NCBI GenBank assembly: GCA_021741075.1 | Contig: JAIOYO010000008.1 | Location: forward strand, 12,283 to 76,282 | DNA from: Flavobacteriales bacterium | GTDB taxonomy: Bacteria > Bacteroidota > Bacteroidia > UBA10329 | Length of the DNA: 64,000 bases | Reading direction: 5' to 3' | Shown: in pieces, positions 48,848 through 60,500 of the stretch | Layout: each line of letters opens with the position of its first letter | How positions within the stretch are numbered: position 1 is the stretch's first letter | Position numbers and translations under genes: made by a program | Notes under the pieces: generated by a model | The model's database searches: none | What the model saw: only the letters and a program-made list of their open reading frames with translations | Told to the model about the DNA's origin: nothing

Positions 48848-49672
48848 ATGAGCAGAGAACTTCCTGAGGGAGAGGTAAGAGAAGAGGGCGAAATGTCGTT
48901 CTTAGAGCATCTGGAAGTGCTGCGATGGCATTTAGTGCGCTCGGTTTCGGCAATTTTCATTTTCTCTATTGCCGCTTTTATTGCTAAAGGTTTTATTTTC
49001 GATACGTTGCTTCTTGGTCCAAAAAATGGAGATTTTTGGACCTATCGCATGGCGTGCAAGTACCTCGATTTGTTGTGCTTTGAGGAAATGCCGTTCGACT
49101 TGATTAACATCAGCATGTCTGGTCAGTTTAGCACACATATTGTAGTTTCGATTATTGCTGGTTTTGTAGTGGCGTTTCCGTATGTAGTTTTTGAAATGTG
49201 GCGTTTTGTCAAGCCAGGTCTTCATAGCAACGAACGGAAATATGCCAATGGAATGGTGTTTTATGTGTCATTCCTATTCATTCTAGGAGTGTTGTTCGGG
49301 TACTATTTCATTGCGCCACTTTCTGTTAATTTTTTGGGAACCTATCAGGTAAGTGAGACCATTCGCAATCAAATAGATTTGAACAGTTATTTCAGCACAA
49401 TTGCAACGCTGGTATTGGCAAGTGGAGTCGTTTTTGAGTTGCCAATTCTTATTTACTTTCTTACCAAAATTGGAATGGTTACTCCGGCTTTATTAAGACA
49501 ATATCGCAGACACGCAGTTGTTGGAATCCTGATTTTAGCGGCAGTGATTACACCTCCTGATGTGTCGAGCCAGATACTTGTATTTATTCCATTAATGTTG
49601 TTGTACGAAATAAGTATTGGAGTATCTGCTATTGTTTTGCGAAACGAAGCCAAGGCAAATGCCGATATTTGA
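48848..49672 (+). CDS. tatC: Twin-arginine translocase TatC
   Basis: EMSFLEHLEVLR, FVKPGL, FELP, YRRHA, ITPPD. Promoter element TACCTTTG at 48834-48841. Confidence 0.97.
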   Translation: MSRELPEGEVREEGEMSFLEHLEVLRWHLVRSVSAIFIFSIAAFIAKGFIFDTLLLGPKNGDFWTYRMACKYLDLLCFEEMPFDLINISMSGQFSTHIVVSIIAGFVVAFPYVVFEMWRFVKPGLHSNERKYANGMVFYVSFLFILGVLFGYYFIAPLSVNFLGTYQVSETIRNQIDLNSYFSTIATLVLASGVVFELPILIYFLTKIGMVTPALLRQYRRHAVVGILILAAVITPPDVSSQILVFIPLMLLYEISIGVSAIVLRNEAKANADI

Positions 49673-49699
49673 ACCGATGAGAGAAGCGCGGCCTAGTTT

Positions 49700-52303
49700 A
49701 TGACCCATTTCCGATATTTTCTGCTTGCGCTATCCATGCTCATTTCGAGCGTTACACTCGCGCAAGAAAAAACCAAAGTAAAAGGAACGATTACTGATGC
49801 TCAAACAGGCGAGCCGTTGCCGTTTGTCAACGTGTCTTTTATGGGTAAAAATGTAGGAACAACAACCGATTTTAATGGTAAATATCAGATGGACACCAAG
49901 TGGGGTTCAGATAAAGTTCAGGCCTCGTTTATGGGCTATGATGCCATGGAAAAAGAGGTTGTTCAAGGCCAAAACAACACCATTGATTTTGCGCTGGAAC
50001 CCAAGCAGATTAAGCTTGACGAAGTAGTTGTAAAGGCAAAAGGTCGCTATAAGAACAAGGAAAATCCTGCGGTTGAACTGATTCAACGAGTAGTTGATAA
50101 TCGGGATAAAAACCGAAAGGAAGGGTTCGATCACTATCAGTACGATAAGTACGAGAAAATGCAACTCGATATCAACAACATTACCGAGGAGTTCATGAAC
50201 CGAAAGGCGTTCAAGAAATTCGCTTTCATGTGGGAATATGTTGATACATCAACCGTAAACGGAAAGCCATATTTGCCACTTTATCTTACCGAAACAAAGT
50301 CGAAAGTTTTTCTGCGAAAAGACCCGAAAGCTGAAAAGGAAGTTACCTATGGATTGAAGACAGTTGGTTTTGAAGACTTTATGGATGCCGAAGGAATTGA
50401 TTATTTCATGGAGAAGATTTATCAAGACATTGACATCTACGACAATACCATCCTGTTGATGGAGAAGCAGTTCAAGAGTCCAATTTCCAATATAGCACCT
50501 GTTTCCTACAAGTATTTCATCCTCGACACCATGGATATTAACGGGGTTGAATGCGTTCAGATGGCATTTCAGCCGCGTAATAGTGCGGATCTTGCGTTTC
50601 GAGGAGATTTGTGGGTGGCACTCGATTCATCTTACGCAGTTAAGAAGGTGGTAATGACCATCACGCGAAGCGCTAATATCAATTTTGTAAGTGCGTTGGA
50701 AATTCAGCAGGAATTCGATTATTCCACAGAGTTGAACTGGCATTTGGTAAAAGACCAAATGACTATCGATTACAACATGCTTACCAATAGCATGGGCATG
50801 TACGGTAAGAAAACCGTCACGTACAAGGATATTATTGTCAATCAGCCTGCACCAGATTCTATTTGGGCAAATCCCGCTCGGTTTGTTGTTCAAGAGGATG
50901 CAAAAACGCAAGGCGAAGAGTTTTGGGACGAAGCAAGACACGAAGAACTCAATAAGAACGAGCAAGGCGTGTACGAAATGACAAAGGAAATGAAGGAATT
51001 GCCTGCCTTCAAACGAGCCATGAATATTCTTTTCTTGCTTATTTCTGGGTATTATGAGGTTGGAGTTGTTGATTTTGGCCCCCTATACAATGCCGTTAGT
51101 CTTAATTCCGTTGAGCATTGGAGGTTCAGGCTTGCCGTAAAAACGAACAAGAAATTCAGCGAAAAGTGGAAGCTTGAAACGTATTTGGCTTATGGTCTTG
51201 ATGACCGAAAGGACAAACGATTGAAAGGGGGTGGAGGCGTCACTTATCTTTTCAAACAACGGCCATATCATCAGTTAAGTGTTGAATTTCAGAGGGATAT
51301 TCAAATGCCAGGTCAAGCACTTTTGCTTGCTAGTGATGACAACATTTTCCTTTCGGCCAGACGAGGAGTAGCCAACCTAATGATATACTACGATTCTTAC
51401 AGATTGAATTACTTGAAGGAATGGAATTTCGGTCTTGGAGTAGGTATAAATTTAGAACACAGAAGACGAGAAGTGGCGGGTGCGCTAACTTTTGACCCTG
51501 TCAATGAGAGCCTAGCTGATCCAAAGCTTGTTGCCACCAACGAGGTTGGATTGACCTTGCGTTACGCACCTAACGTTAAGTATTATGAAGGTCGCTCTTC
51601 TCGCGTGCCAATGCTTAATAAATACCCAATTTTGGATATCAGTTACAACTACTCCATTCCGGGATTTCTTGATGCCAACTACGAATATCACAAGATAGGA
51701 GTTCGCTTGTTTAAGCGTATTTACATGAGTCCGATTGGCTTTGCTGATACTCAGTTTGAAGGAGGATGGATGATAGGTAGAGTACCGTTTCCGTTGCTAT
51801 TCATACATCGAGGAAATCAAACGTTTTTCCATGATCCAAACACATTCAATATGATGAACTGGTTTGAGTTTGTGAGCGATAAGTACATTTCGATTGATTA
51901 TTACCATCATTTCAATGGCTTCATTTTTAATAAGGTTCCATTCCTTAAAAAATTAAAATGGAGGATGACAACTGGTGTCAAAGCAGTTTGGGGAGGCGTA
52001 TCCGTGGGAAATACACCAGGTATGACGGAAAGCGAAAACATATTCAAATTCCCGAGTAGAAGAGTGGAGGACAAAAAAGGAAATCCAATTCTTGATCAAT
52101 ACGGAAATGAACAATATGGCCAAGTAACATTTACGTTGGAAAAGATGCCTTACGTAGAAGCAAGCATTGGCATTGAAAATATTTTTAAAGTAATTAGCGT
52201 TGACCTCGTAAAGCGATTTACTCATTTGGACAACCCTAACGTATCTCAATTAGGTGCTGCCAAGGGTTGGGGTTTTAGAGTAAGAGCGGGAATTCGTTTC
52301 TAA
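49700..52303 (+). CDS. Outer-membrane protein with carboxypeptidase-regulatory-like N-domain and DUF5686-type barrel
   Basis: Signal peptide; [18 protein letters not shown]...GTTTDFNG; ENPA; [14 protein letters not shown]; terminal F. Stop overlaps the lptB start (TAATG). Confidence 0.8.
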   Translation: MTHFRYFLLALSMLISSVTLAQEKTKVKGTITDAQTGEPLPFVNVSFMGKNVGTTTDFNGKYQMDTKWGSDKVQASFMGYDAMEKEVVQGQNNTIDFALEPKQIKLDEVVVKAKGRYKNKENPAVELIQRVVDNRDKNRKEGFDHYQYDKYEKMQLDINNITEEFMNRKAFKKFAFMWEYVDTSTVNGKPYLPLYLTETKSKVFLRKDPKAEKEVTYGLKTVGFEDFMDAEGIDYFMEKIYQDIDIYDNTILLMEKQFKSPISNIAPVSYKYFILDTMDINGVECVQMAFQPRNSADLAFRGDLWVALDSSYAVKKVVMTITRSANINFVSALEIQQEFDYSTELNWHLVKDQMTIDYNMLTNSMGMYGKKTVTYKDIIVNQPAPDSIWANPARFVVQEDAKTQGEEFWDEARHEELNKNEQGVYEMTKEMKELPAFKRAMNILFLLISGYYEVGVVDFGPLYNAVSLNSVEHWRFRLAVKTNKKFSEKWKLETYLAYGLDDRKDKRLKGGGGVTYLFKQRPYHQLSVEFQRDIQMPGQALLLASDDNIFLSARRGVANLMIYYDSYRLNYLKEWNFGLGVGINLEHRRREVAGALTFDPVNESLADPKLVATNEVGLTLRYAPNVKYYEGRSSRVPMLNKYPILDISYNYSIPGFLDANYEYHKIGVRLFKRIYMSPIGFADTQFEGGWMIGRVPFPLLFIHRGNQTFFHDPNTFNMMNWFEFVSDKYISIDYYHHFNGFIFNKVPFLKKLKWRMTTGVKAVWGGVSVGNTPGMTESENIFKFPSRRVEDKKGNPILDQYGNEQYGQVTFTLEKMPYVEASIGIENIFKVISVDLVKRFTHLDNPNVSQLGAAKGWGFRVRAGIRF

Positions 52304-53025
52304 TGAAACTTCGTGCGGAAAATATCAAGAAGAAATATGGCAGCCGTATGGTTGTAAAAGGTGTTTCTATTGAGGTGAGCCAAGGCGAGATTGTAGGTCT
52401 TTTGGGTCCAAATGGAGCTGGTAAAACCACTTCGTTTTATATGATAGTCGGACTTATTCGGCCAAATGAGGGTGCAGTTTATTTAGACGATAAAGACATC
52501 ACTAACCTTCCTATGTACAAACGCGCCCAACTTGGAATTGGCTATTTACCTCAGGAAGCTTCTGTTTTTAGAAAATTGAGTGTCGAAGACAACATTCTGG
52601 CGGTTCTAGAAATGGTTGGAGCTTCCAAAAAAGAACAACACGAAAAGCTAGAATCTTTGCTTGATGAATTCGGTTTGCAACACGTTCGCAAGAACCGTGG
52701 AGACCTGCTGTCAGGAGGAGAAAGAAGGAGAACCGAAATTGCACGCTGCTTGGCCGTAAATCCTCATTTTATTTTGCTTGATGAGCCATTTGCTGGGGTT
52801 GATCCCATAGCGGTTGAAGACATTCAGGAAATCGTAGCCAAACTCAAACAAAAAAACATCGGCATTCTTATAACCGATCATAATGTGCACGAAACGCTAC
52901 GCATTACTGACCGAGCTTACCTCCTGTTTGAAGGAGATATTCTTAAAGCAGGAACTGCCGAGGACCTCGCCAATGACGAGCAGGTTAGAAGAGTTTACTT
53001 GGGTCAGAATTTTGTGCTGAGGTAG
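52303..53025 (+). CDS. lptB: LPS export ABC transporter ATPase
   Basis: [41 protein letters not shown]. Confidence 0.98.
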   Translation: MKLRAENIKKKYGSRMVVKGVSIEVSQGEIVGLLGPNGAGKTTSFYMIVGLIRPNEGAVYLDDKDITNLPMYKRAQLGIGYLPQEASVFRKLSVEDNILAVLEMVGASKKEQHEKLESLLDEFGLQHVRKNRGDLLSGGERRRTEIARCLAVNPHFILLDEPFAGVDPIAVEDIQEIVAKLKQKNIGILITDHNVHETLRITDRAYLLFEGDILKAGTAEDLANDEQVRRVYLGQNFVLR

Positions 53026-53031
53026 CGCAAA

Positions 53032-53283
53032 CTAAGCTTTTGTAAGCTCAAATTCGAAGCTTTCCATAATCTGATTGGCTAAAAGATCTTTACAAGCTTT
53101 TTCTACTTTTTCCTTTGCAGCGGCTTCATTCTCTGCCTCAACCTCCAACGAAATGTGTTTGCCAATACGAACGTTTCCAACTTCCGGTAGTCCAAGGTTT
53201 TTCATACTTGAACTAACTGCTTTTCCTTGAGGGTCAAGTAGTTCTTTTTTTGGCATTACATCAATCTCAGCTTTGAACTTCAT
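53032..53283 (-). CDS. purS: FGAM synthase subunit PurS
   Basis: LLDPQGKAV, VRIGK, LLANQIME. Confidence 0.95.
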   Translation of the reverse strand: MKFKAEIDVMPKKELLDPQGKAVSSSMKNLGLPEVGNVRIGKHISLEVEAENEAAAKEKVEKACKDLLANQIMESFEFELTKA

Positions 53284-54016
53284 TTTTTGAAATAAATAGG
53301 TTGTTGAAAATAGAAATTACTACGTACAAAGATAGGATGATAGGAATGGCAACTGGGCGTAGAATTATCAACAGAACCACAGAAATTATCAAGAAAGTGA
53401 ACCGAACTTCATTTCCTTTCCATCCAAATCGCTTGAATTTCATAGCGAGTAAAGGAATGTCTGAAACCATTAGTGCGGATAGGCCAAGAGAAGAACCTAT
53501 AATAAAGCCTTGGCTGGTTATTATAGATTCTAAATCCCAGCTTAGTTCGAAAGGCATGAAGGCTATTATAAGTGGAATGGAAATAATCCAAAGTGCGCTT
53601 GCCGGAGTTGGAACTCCTCGGAAACTATCGGATTGCCGCGTATCAACGTTGAATTTTGCCAATCTCAATGCCGAAAAAACCGGAATCGCAAGCGGAATAA
53701 ACAACAACGGGTTTTGAAATAAATCTTGAACTCCACCTAGCAATTGAATGCCACCTGTAAGATAGTGCAACAGCATTAGTCCGGGAACAACCCCAAATGT
53801 CACCATATCTGCCAACGAATCTAATTCTGCGCCAATGGGTGACGAAACCTTGAGAAGTCTTGCGGCAAATCCATCAAAAAAATCAAAAACTGAAGCAGCG
53901 ATAAGGAGGTATGCCGCAGTAAGCGGGTCGCCCAATCCAACGGAAACAATCGCCAAGCAACCGCAAAGCAGATTTAAGCAGGTGATGAAATTTGGAACGT
54001 GTTTAATTGGATTCAT
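53267..54016 (-). CDS. pssA: CDP-diacylglycerol--serine O-phosphatidyltransferase
   Basis: PNFITCLN, DFFDGFAAR...GAELDSLAD, RLAKFN, FRGVPTPA. Confidence 0.9.
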   Translation of the reverse strand: MNPIKHVPNFITCLNLLCGCLAIVSVGLGDPLTAAYLLIAASVFDFFDGFAARLLKVSSPIGAELDSLADMVTFGVVPGLMLLHYLTGGIQLLGGVQDLFQNPLLFIPLAIPVFSALRLAKFNVDTRQSDSFRGVPTPASALWIISIPLIIAFMPFELSWDLESIITSQGFIIGSSLGLSALMVSDIPLLAMKFKRFGWKGNEVRFTFLIISVVLLIILRPVAIPIILSLYVVISIFNNLFISKNEVQS

Positions 54017-54127
54017 TTGCCGAAGGTAAGAAAGGCGTTAGTATACAATTAGGGACAAATAGTAAGATTTGAATACTAAGCATGTAACCTTTATGATGTG
54101 TAAGCATAGAAGGATACTGAAACAAGG

Positions 54128-55090
54128 ATGAGTAAACATTTAGATGAATTAGAACAATCTCTCGAGCAATCGGAGAGCGATGCACAAAGGCTAGAGGCTC
54201 TTTTGGGTATTTTGCTTGCCCATAAAGACGAAGATTTTGTTGAAGGATGGAAGTTTGGGAAAGAAGCGCTTCACCTTGCAGAAGCACTTAAAGACCGAAA
54301 CAGTGTGGCTAGTGCCCACGAAGGATTGGCAAATGTGCTTTGGAAATTGGCAGAATACTCCCAAAGTATAGAGCATTTTGAGCAAGCTTTGGATAAGTAT
54401 CTCGGCCTTGGCGACCTCTACGCTGTAGCCCGATGCTATTGCGGAATGGGAATTATTTCCGGGACATTGCAGGATTACCGCACCGCGCTGGAATATTTTG
54501 AAGATGGACTTTCTGCCAGCAGGCGAGCCGATAATCAACATTTGGCAGCAACAATTACTGGAAATATTGGCCATGTCTACTTCAATCTAGGAAGGTATAA
54601 AGAGGCGATGGATTGCTTTCAGCATGGATATGATTTTTACAAAGAAGTCAACGAAAACCAAGGCATTGCAAACATGCTTGGAGGAATGGCTGGAGTGTAC
54701 GTTTATCAAGGTGAATACGATAAAGGAATGGAACTCGTCCGAAGATCACTCGAAGCCCATAAAGTGAGTAATCACCGTAGAGGTATTGCCGTTTCAATGC
54801 AGAATATTGGAAATACTTTTCATCGAATGGGTAAATTGGATAAAGCCAAAATAGAATTGAAAGGGGCGCTCAATTACACACGTTCCATCAACTTAAAGAT
54901 GATGGAGTATGAAGTGCTCAAAAATTTGAGCGAGGTTTGTTCTGATTTGGGAGAGGAAGAGCAGGCAGCAGAATACCTTCGTTTATACATAGAAGGACAA
55001 AAAGAGGAAAATGCTATTTCGGTAAAACGTAAGAACGAACAGTTCAAGCAGCGTCAGCTAATTCGCGAAATACAAAACGAGAAGAAATAA
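54128..55090 (+). CDS. Cytoplasmic TPR protein (MalT/Rap-like ~40-aa repeats), no output domain
   Basis: Repeated A-x-x-x-G-N-I-G-x-V-Y...A-x-E-x-F pattern; no signal peptide. Confidence 0.8.
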   Translation: MSKHLDELEQSLEQSESDAQRLEALLGILLAHKDEDFVEGWKFGKEALHLAEALKDRNSVASAHEGLANVLWKLAEYSQSIEHFEQALDKYLGLGDLYAVARCYCGMGIISGTLQDYRTALEYFEDGLSASRRADNQHLAATITGNIGHVYFNLGRYKEAMDCFQHGYDFYKEVNENQGIANMLGGMAGVYVYQGEYDKGMELVRRSLEAHKVSNHRRGIAVSMQNIGNTFHRMGKLDKAKIELKGALNYTRSINLKMMEYEVLKNLSEVCSDLGEEEQAAEYLRLYIEGQKEENAISVKRKNEQFKQRQLIREIQNEKK

Positions 55091-55110
55091 TCGAGCGAAT
55101 CAATCACGAT

Positions 55111-56262
55111 TCACCCTCTTTTTGTGTAAAAATTCCGTTTAAGCCCTAAAATCGGTTTTTCGAAATAATGCCAGCTAAGTGTCGCAAATGGCGCAATAAC
55201 TGCAAATGCTAGTAACGGTTTTAATAATAGAAAAGCCCAAATGTTTTCGTCTAGGTCTGCAATTGCCAATACTCGTTGTCCAATGAGTAGCCCAATTTCA
55301 TGAAAGCAAAACAATCCATAGCTAATCACTCCGAGAAATGTTATGGTTTTCAACTTCCCGAACTTGAAAAAACTGTTGTCGCAATAGTTCTGTTCGAAAA
55401 TGAAGAATGAGAGGATTACCGCATAGAACATCTTCTCAATAATAAGACTGACGTAGCCGGGCAAAATCTGATTGTTGAAAACAGGGCCGTACACCAAAAG
55501 CGAACAGATAAACAGCAGATAAATACCGATTATGCTTCCTTTTTTCAAGTTTTTTAAAGTTTCAAATCCCCAATTCCGATTGAAGGAGATGAAAGCAAAG
55601 ATGGCACCAAGACAAATGTCGCCCAACAAAAACAGCGTGTGAAACCACAAATTGGCATCCGTTCCAAAAAGTTTAACGGTGGTGATGGCAAACACAATAA
55701 GAAGCAATCCGAACAACCACTTTTCATTCTTTCTAAAAATGATTAACAGGAACGGCCAGAATATGTAAAACTGTTCTTCCACCGAAACACTCCAGAGCAC
55801 ACTTATGATAGGAGAGTGTGTCCAACCGTGTTCTATCAGGAAGAAATTGCCTACAAAAAGGATGAAATACCACGGATTTCCGATCTCCTCGTATGGTTCT
55901 CCAATAAACTCCATCCCCATTGGAACAAGCACAAAACCAATAAATAGAACCAGAAAATAAAGTGGCCAAATGCGCAGTGCTCTCCTTATATAATACAGCC
56001 AGGGCTTAAATATTCCGGCATGTTGTCGCTCTTCCAAAATGACCCAAGTGTTAATGTAACTCGAAAGCACAAACGCAAAGCTGAATCCTGTTTTTCCAAA
56101 AATGTAAACGTAGTTCTTTACCCAACCATATATTCCAGATTGCTGAATGTAGGTGCTGTCGGTATCCAAGGCATGACCCAGAAAAATGAACAGAAAAGCG
56201 ATGAAACGCAGTGCATCTAGGTTTTTAAAGAAGACTCTTTGCGCTTTGGGCTGGTTAGGCAT
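55111..56262 (-). CDS. Acyltransferase-3 (OafA-like) membrane O-acyltransferase
   Basis: LDALRFIA, FVLSSY, RRALRIWPLY, LWSVSVEEQFY, SWHYFEKP. Confidence 0.9.
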   Translation of the reverse strand: MPNQPKAQRVFFKNLDALRFIAFLFIFLGHALDTDSTYIQQSGIYGWVKNYVYIFGKTGFSFAFVLSSYINTWVILEERQHAGIFKPWLYYIRRALRIWPLYFLVLFIGFVLVPMGMEFIGEPYEEIGNPWYFILFVGNFFLIEHGWTHSPIISVLWSVSVEEQFYIFWPFLLIIFRKNEKWLFGLLLIVFAITTVKLFGTDANLWFHTLFLLGDICLGAIFAFISFNRNWGFETLKNLKKGSIIGIYLLFICSLLVYGPVFNNQILPGYVSLIIEKMFYAVILSFFIFEQNYCDNSFFKFGKLKTITFLGVISYGLFCFHEIGLLIGQRVLAIADLDENIWAFLLLKPLLAFAVIAPFATLSWHYFEKPILGLKRNFYTKRG

Positions 56263-56403
56263 CTGGTTCAATTTACATCTATCATTGATGTCGTTCAAAG
56301 CTAAGAACTACCTTCGACACAATTTTCAGATTAGGTTTCCGTTCCCGGTGTCCAAAACCGTGTGAAAACTCATTTTTGATAACTTTAAGACCTGTTCGCG
56401 AAC

Positions 56404-57516
56404 ATGACTAAAAAGCTTTATTTACCCATCTTAATTGCCACTTCAATCCTATTCGGGACAGACGCAGTGGCACAGGCTCCAAAATACAGTAACGAATTCT
56501 TATCAATTGGTGTTGGAGCCCGTGGTATGGGATTAGGAAACTCGCTAGTTGCAAGTGTAAATGATGTGACGGGTGGTTATTGGAATCCCGCATCTTTGCC
56601 TTTGGCTCAGCAAAAATGGCAGGTTTCGCTTATGCACTCCGAGTATTTTGCAGGTATTGCCAAGTACGATTATGCAGCAGTTTCTGCCCCAATTGTGGAC
56701 GATCATACCCAAGCTTCGTTCAGTTTTATTCGCTTTGGTGTTGATGATATTCCAAACACAACTCAACTGATTGATGATGAAGGCAACATCGATTATGACA
56801 AGGTAACTGCATTTACCGCTGCCGATTACGGATTTCTTATTAGTGTTGGTAGAAGCAGTGCAAAAATTCCAGGATTGCGTTATGGTGGTACAGTGAAAAT
56901 CGTTTACCGGCACGTTGGGAAATTTGCCAATTCTTGGGGTTTTGGTCTTGATGGAGGCGTGCAATATGACTACAAAAAGTGGAAGTTCGGATTGATGGCG
57001 CGAGACGTGACCTCAACTTTTAATGCGTGGAATTTCACCTTGGATGATGAGACCAAGCAAGTTTGGTTGCAAACAGGTAACGAGATTCCTAAAAACTCCT
57101 TAGAGGTTACCCTACCGAAGATGATTCTTGCAGCAGGTAGGAGATTTAATATCTACAAAAAGTTTGGTCTCTATGCCGAGTTTGATTTTGATTTCACATT
57201 TGACGGAAAACGATCGGTCCTTATCAAAGGCGACCCTATTAGCATTGAGCCACATGCCGGAATCGAGTTGTTCTATTCCGATTTCGTTTTTCTCCGTTTT
57301 GGTGTGACCAATATTCAAGATTACACAAACGATGATGGTAAGAAGGTTTGGACATGGCAGCCTAACGTTGGAGTGGGCGTTCGCATCAAGGATTTTTACA
57401 TCGATTATGCTCTAACAGATGTCGGAAATCAATCAGTAGCCTTATTCAGTAACGTATTCTCTTTGCGGGCAGACATTCACAAAGACATGTTTAAGAAGAA
57501 ACCCAAAGCCGAATGA
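56404..57516 (+). CDS. PorV/PorQ-family T9SS outer-membrane shuttle (PorV2-like)
   Basis: Signal peptide, KYSNEFLSIGVGARGMG, YWNPA, FadL-like barrel; coupled to the downstream C25 gene. Confidence 0.85.
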   Translation: MTKKLYLPILIATSILFGTDAVAQAPKYSNEFLSIGVGARGMGLGNSLVASVNDVTGGYWNPASLPLAQQKWQVSLMHSEYFAGIAKYDYAAVSAPIVDDHTQASFSFIRFGVDDIPNTTQLIDDEGNIDYDKVTAFTAADYGFLISVGRSSAKIPGLRYGGTVKIVYRHVGKFANSWGFGLDGGVQYDYKKWKFGLMARDVTSTFNAWNFTLDDETKQVWLQTGNEIPKNSLEVTLPKMILAAGRRFNIYKKFGLYAEFDFDFTFDGKRSVLIKGDPISIEPHAGIELFYSDFVFLRFGVTNIQDYTNDDGKKVWTWQPNVGVGVRIKDFYIDYALTDVGNQSVALFSNVFSLRADIHKDMFKKKPKAE

Positions 57517-60500
57517 GGAAACTTTTACTGATAGCTTTCTTGCTTCAGTCTGCCTTGACCTTTTCTCAGCCGTATGGCAACGAGTGGGTCAATGCTTCTC
57601 AACCTCATTTTCAGTTCAACGTAAATAAAGAAGGAATTTACCGCATCAGTTATCAGGTGCTTGATGATGCCTTGGCGCAGCACGGATTCAATCTTTCTTC
57701 AATAGATCCTCGCAACATTCAGCTATTCGCCCGTGGCGAGCAGCAATTTATTTACCTCCAAGGAGAGGTCGATGGTGTTTTTGATTCGAATGATTTCATT
57801 GAATTTTATGCGCGTGGTAATGATGGCGTGTTTGACGATGGCGCCTATTTCGATAATCCGCTCAATAACGCTAACCCTTACTACAGCCTTATTAACGACA
57901 CCATTCGGTATTTTCTAACGTGGAATAACTCCACAAACAATGCTAGAATGGCATGGGAAACAGATGTCAATTTTAGCAGCTACACTGCTTCGCCTTACAT
58001 AATTCGTGATGAGATTGATGAGTTGCACAACAACTATTTCTACGGACAGACTTTTAATCAGACAAACAGCACAAGCCCAATTTATGATGGAGGCGAAGGG
58101 TTCTATGGTTATTATTTCGACCCCGGATTCATAGATTCTTTCTGGAATTTAGGCACAACTAATCGGTATGCTCAAGGTCCCGATGCTGAAATTGAAGTGA
58201 GCGTAGTTGGTAATTCTTATGACGATAAGAATCTCCGAATTGTGGGGCCATCCATCGATTTTAACACAATTGTTGAACAACGAAACGGATACCGATACAA
58301 TTTTACCGTTCCAACAGCATCTCTTGGTACTTCGGTTTCAAACTTTACCTTTTCTATAAATAACACACCAAGTGCTGGGTCATACAGAGCCATTGTCGGT
58401 TACGTCAAGGTACGCTATCCTCAAACACCTAATATTGGCAATGCAACTGCTGCCAAGTTTTTGGTTGACGATAATCCGAATTACCCAGCACAACCTAAAA
58501 GCCGTGTGCAATTGGCAGGATACGCCCAAAGCACTCCGCGTTTATATGATCTAACAAATCATAGAATCCTTCCCGTAGGTGGCGCTCCTGGTAGTTATGA
58601 GTTTCTTGTTCCTGACAACGGAAGCTTAAAGGAATGCTATATCACTAGTGAAGCCAGTATTACGGCAAATGCCATCACTACATTGAGGCCAGCCGGACCA
58701 AATGGCTCTGCCTATTTTACCGATTTTAATGCGCTGGATCCCAACACAGATTATTTTGCCATTGGCCATCCTTCCTTTTACACAGAGGTCCAGCAATATG
58801 CTTCCTACCGAAACAGCTCGGGCCACAACGCCATCGGAATTGATGTGGAAGAACTTTACAATCAGTTTGGTTGGGGAATCAATAAACATCCGCTTGCCAT
58901 CCGCAAGTTTGCACAGTGGGCTTTAGGAAACCTTACCGCTCCTAAGCACATTTTCTTAATCGGAAAGACCATTCCATCCTTAGCGGGAAGAACCAATCCT
59001 GCTCTTTTTGCCGAGATACTTGTGCCTTCGTTCGGTTATCCGCCTAGCGATAACATGATTACTTCCTATTTGGGAACAGGAACATATCTCGAAGAAACAG
59101 GAATCCCAATTGGACGATTGGCAGCAAAATCGCCTCAGCAGGTAAGTGATTATATGCAGAAAGTGCAGGAATATGAAGCCTTAGGAAACGAATTTTGGAT
59201 GAAGAGTGGAATGCACCTTTCTGGTGGAGCAGCTGGAGCTCAGTTGCTTCAAATTCGTGCGTTTATGGATTCATATAAGTACATTTTTGAAGACACGCTG
59301 CTAGGTGGTCACATTCAAACTTTTCAGAAAACCAGTTCGCAACCGTTCCAAATTACCCAGGTTGATTCCATTACCAACCTTATCAATAACGGAGTTCAGC
59401 TTATCAACTTCTTTGGTCATGGCTCTTCGGTCGGTTTCGATGTAAGTATCGACCATCCTTCCCTCTTCAATAACGACAACGGTAAATACCCAGTTATGAT
59501 GGCCAATTCGTGCTATGCGGGAGACATTCACCAGCCTCTTAGTGTTCCTTCTTCCATTTCCGAAGAATGGGTGCTAGAGCCTCAGGGCGGAGCTTTAGCT
59601 TTTCTCTCAACTGTTGGTCCTGGAAACCTTTTCTACCTTAATAGCTACTGCACCAATTTCTATCATAGCCTAAGTAATCTCGAATACAACAATACCATTG
59701 GTTGGCAAGTGAAACGCGCCATTCGCGAGAATGCGCAACCACTAAATTACGTGACGCGGATGCACAATTTGGAGTATACCCTCCATGGCGATCCCGGTAT
59801 CAACATCACCGATAGGCCCAAACCCGACCTGATGGTGAATCAGCAGAGCATTTGGTTTGAACCAACAGAAATCACCACCGAGATGGCAACCTTCGAAATG
59901 AACATCAAGATTACCAATCTTGGTGCTGCTTTTAGCGATACGTTCCTCATTGAAATTGCCCGTCAGTTGCCTACTGGACAGGTAGATACTACCCTAAGCA
60001 TTTTTCATCCACCCGTAAATTACATTGATACGCTTACGGTTTTCATTCCTGTCAATCTGGTAGATGGTCTTGGAATCAATACACTTTGCGTGTCGTTGGA
60101 CAATAGTCAGATTATTGATGAAATGTCTGAAGTGAACAATGATGTCTGTGTAACGGTAAATGTGCTTTCGCCCGACATCGTTCCTATTTGGCCATATAAG
60201 TTTGCCGTTATTCCTGACCAAGGGCCAACCTTGAAATGCTCAACAGGTAATCCGTTTGCCCCCGTCAAGACTTATCGGATTGAACTAGATACTACCGATT
60301 TGTTCAATAGCCCATTGATGCAGTTTACTACCATCACCCAAGGTGGAGGTGTGGTTAATTGGACCCCAAGCTTACTTGCCAATATGCCCGATAGCACCGT
60401 CTATTTTTGGCGCGCCAGTGTTGATTCTGCCACCTACGGTTTTTACAAATGGCGCGAAACCTCGTTTCAATATATAATTGATAAATACGGCTGGGGACAG

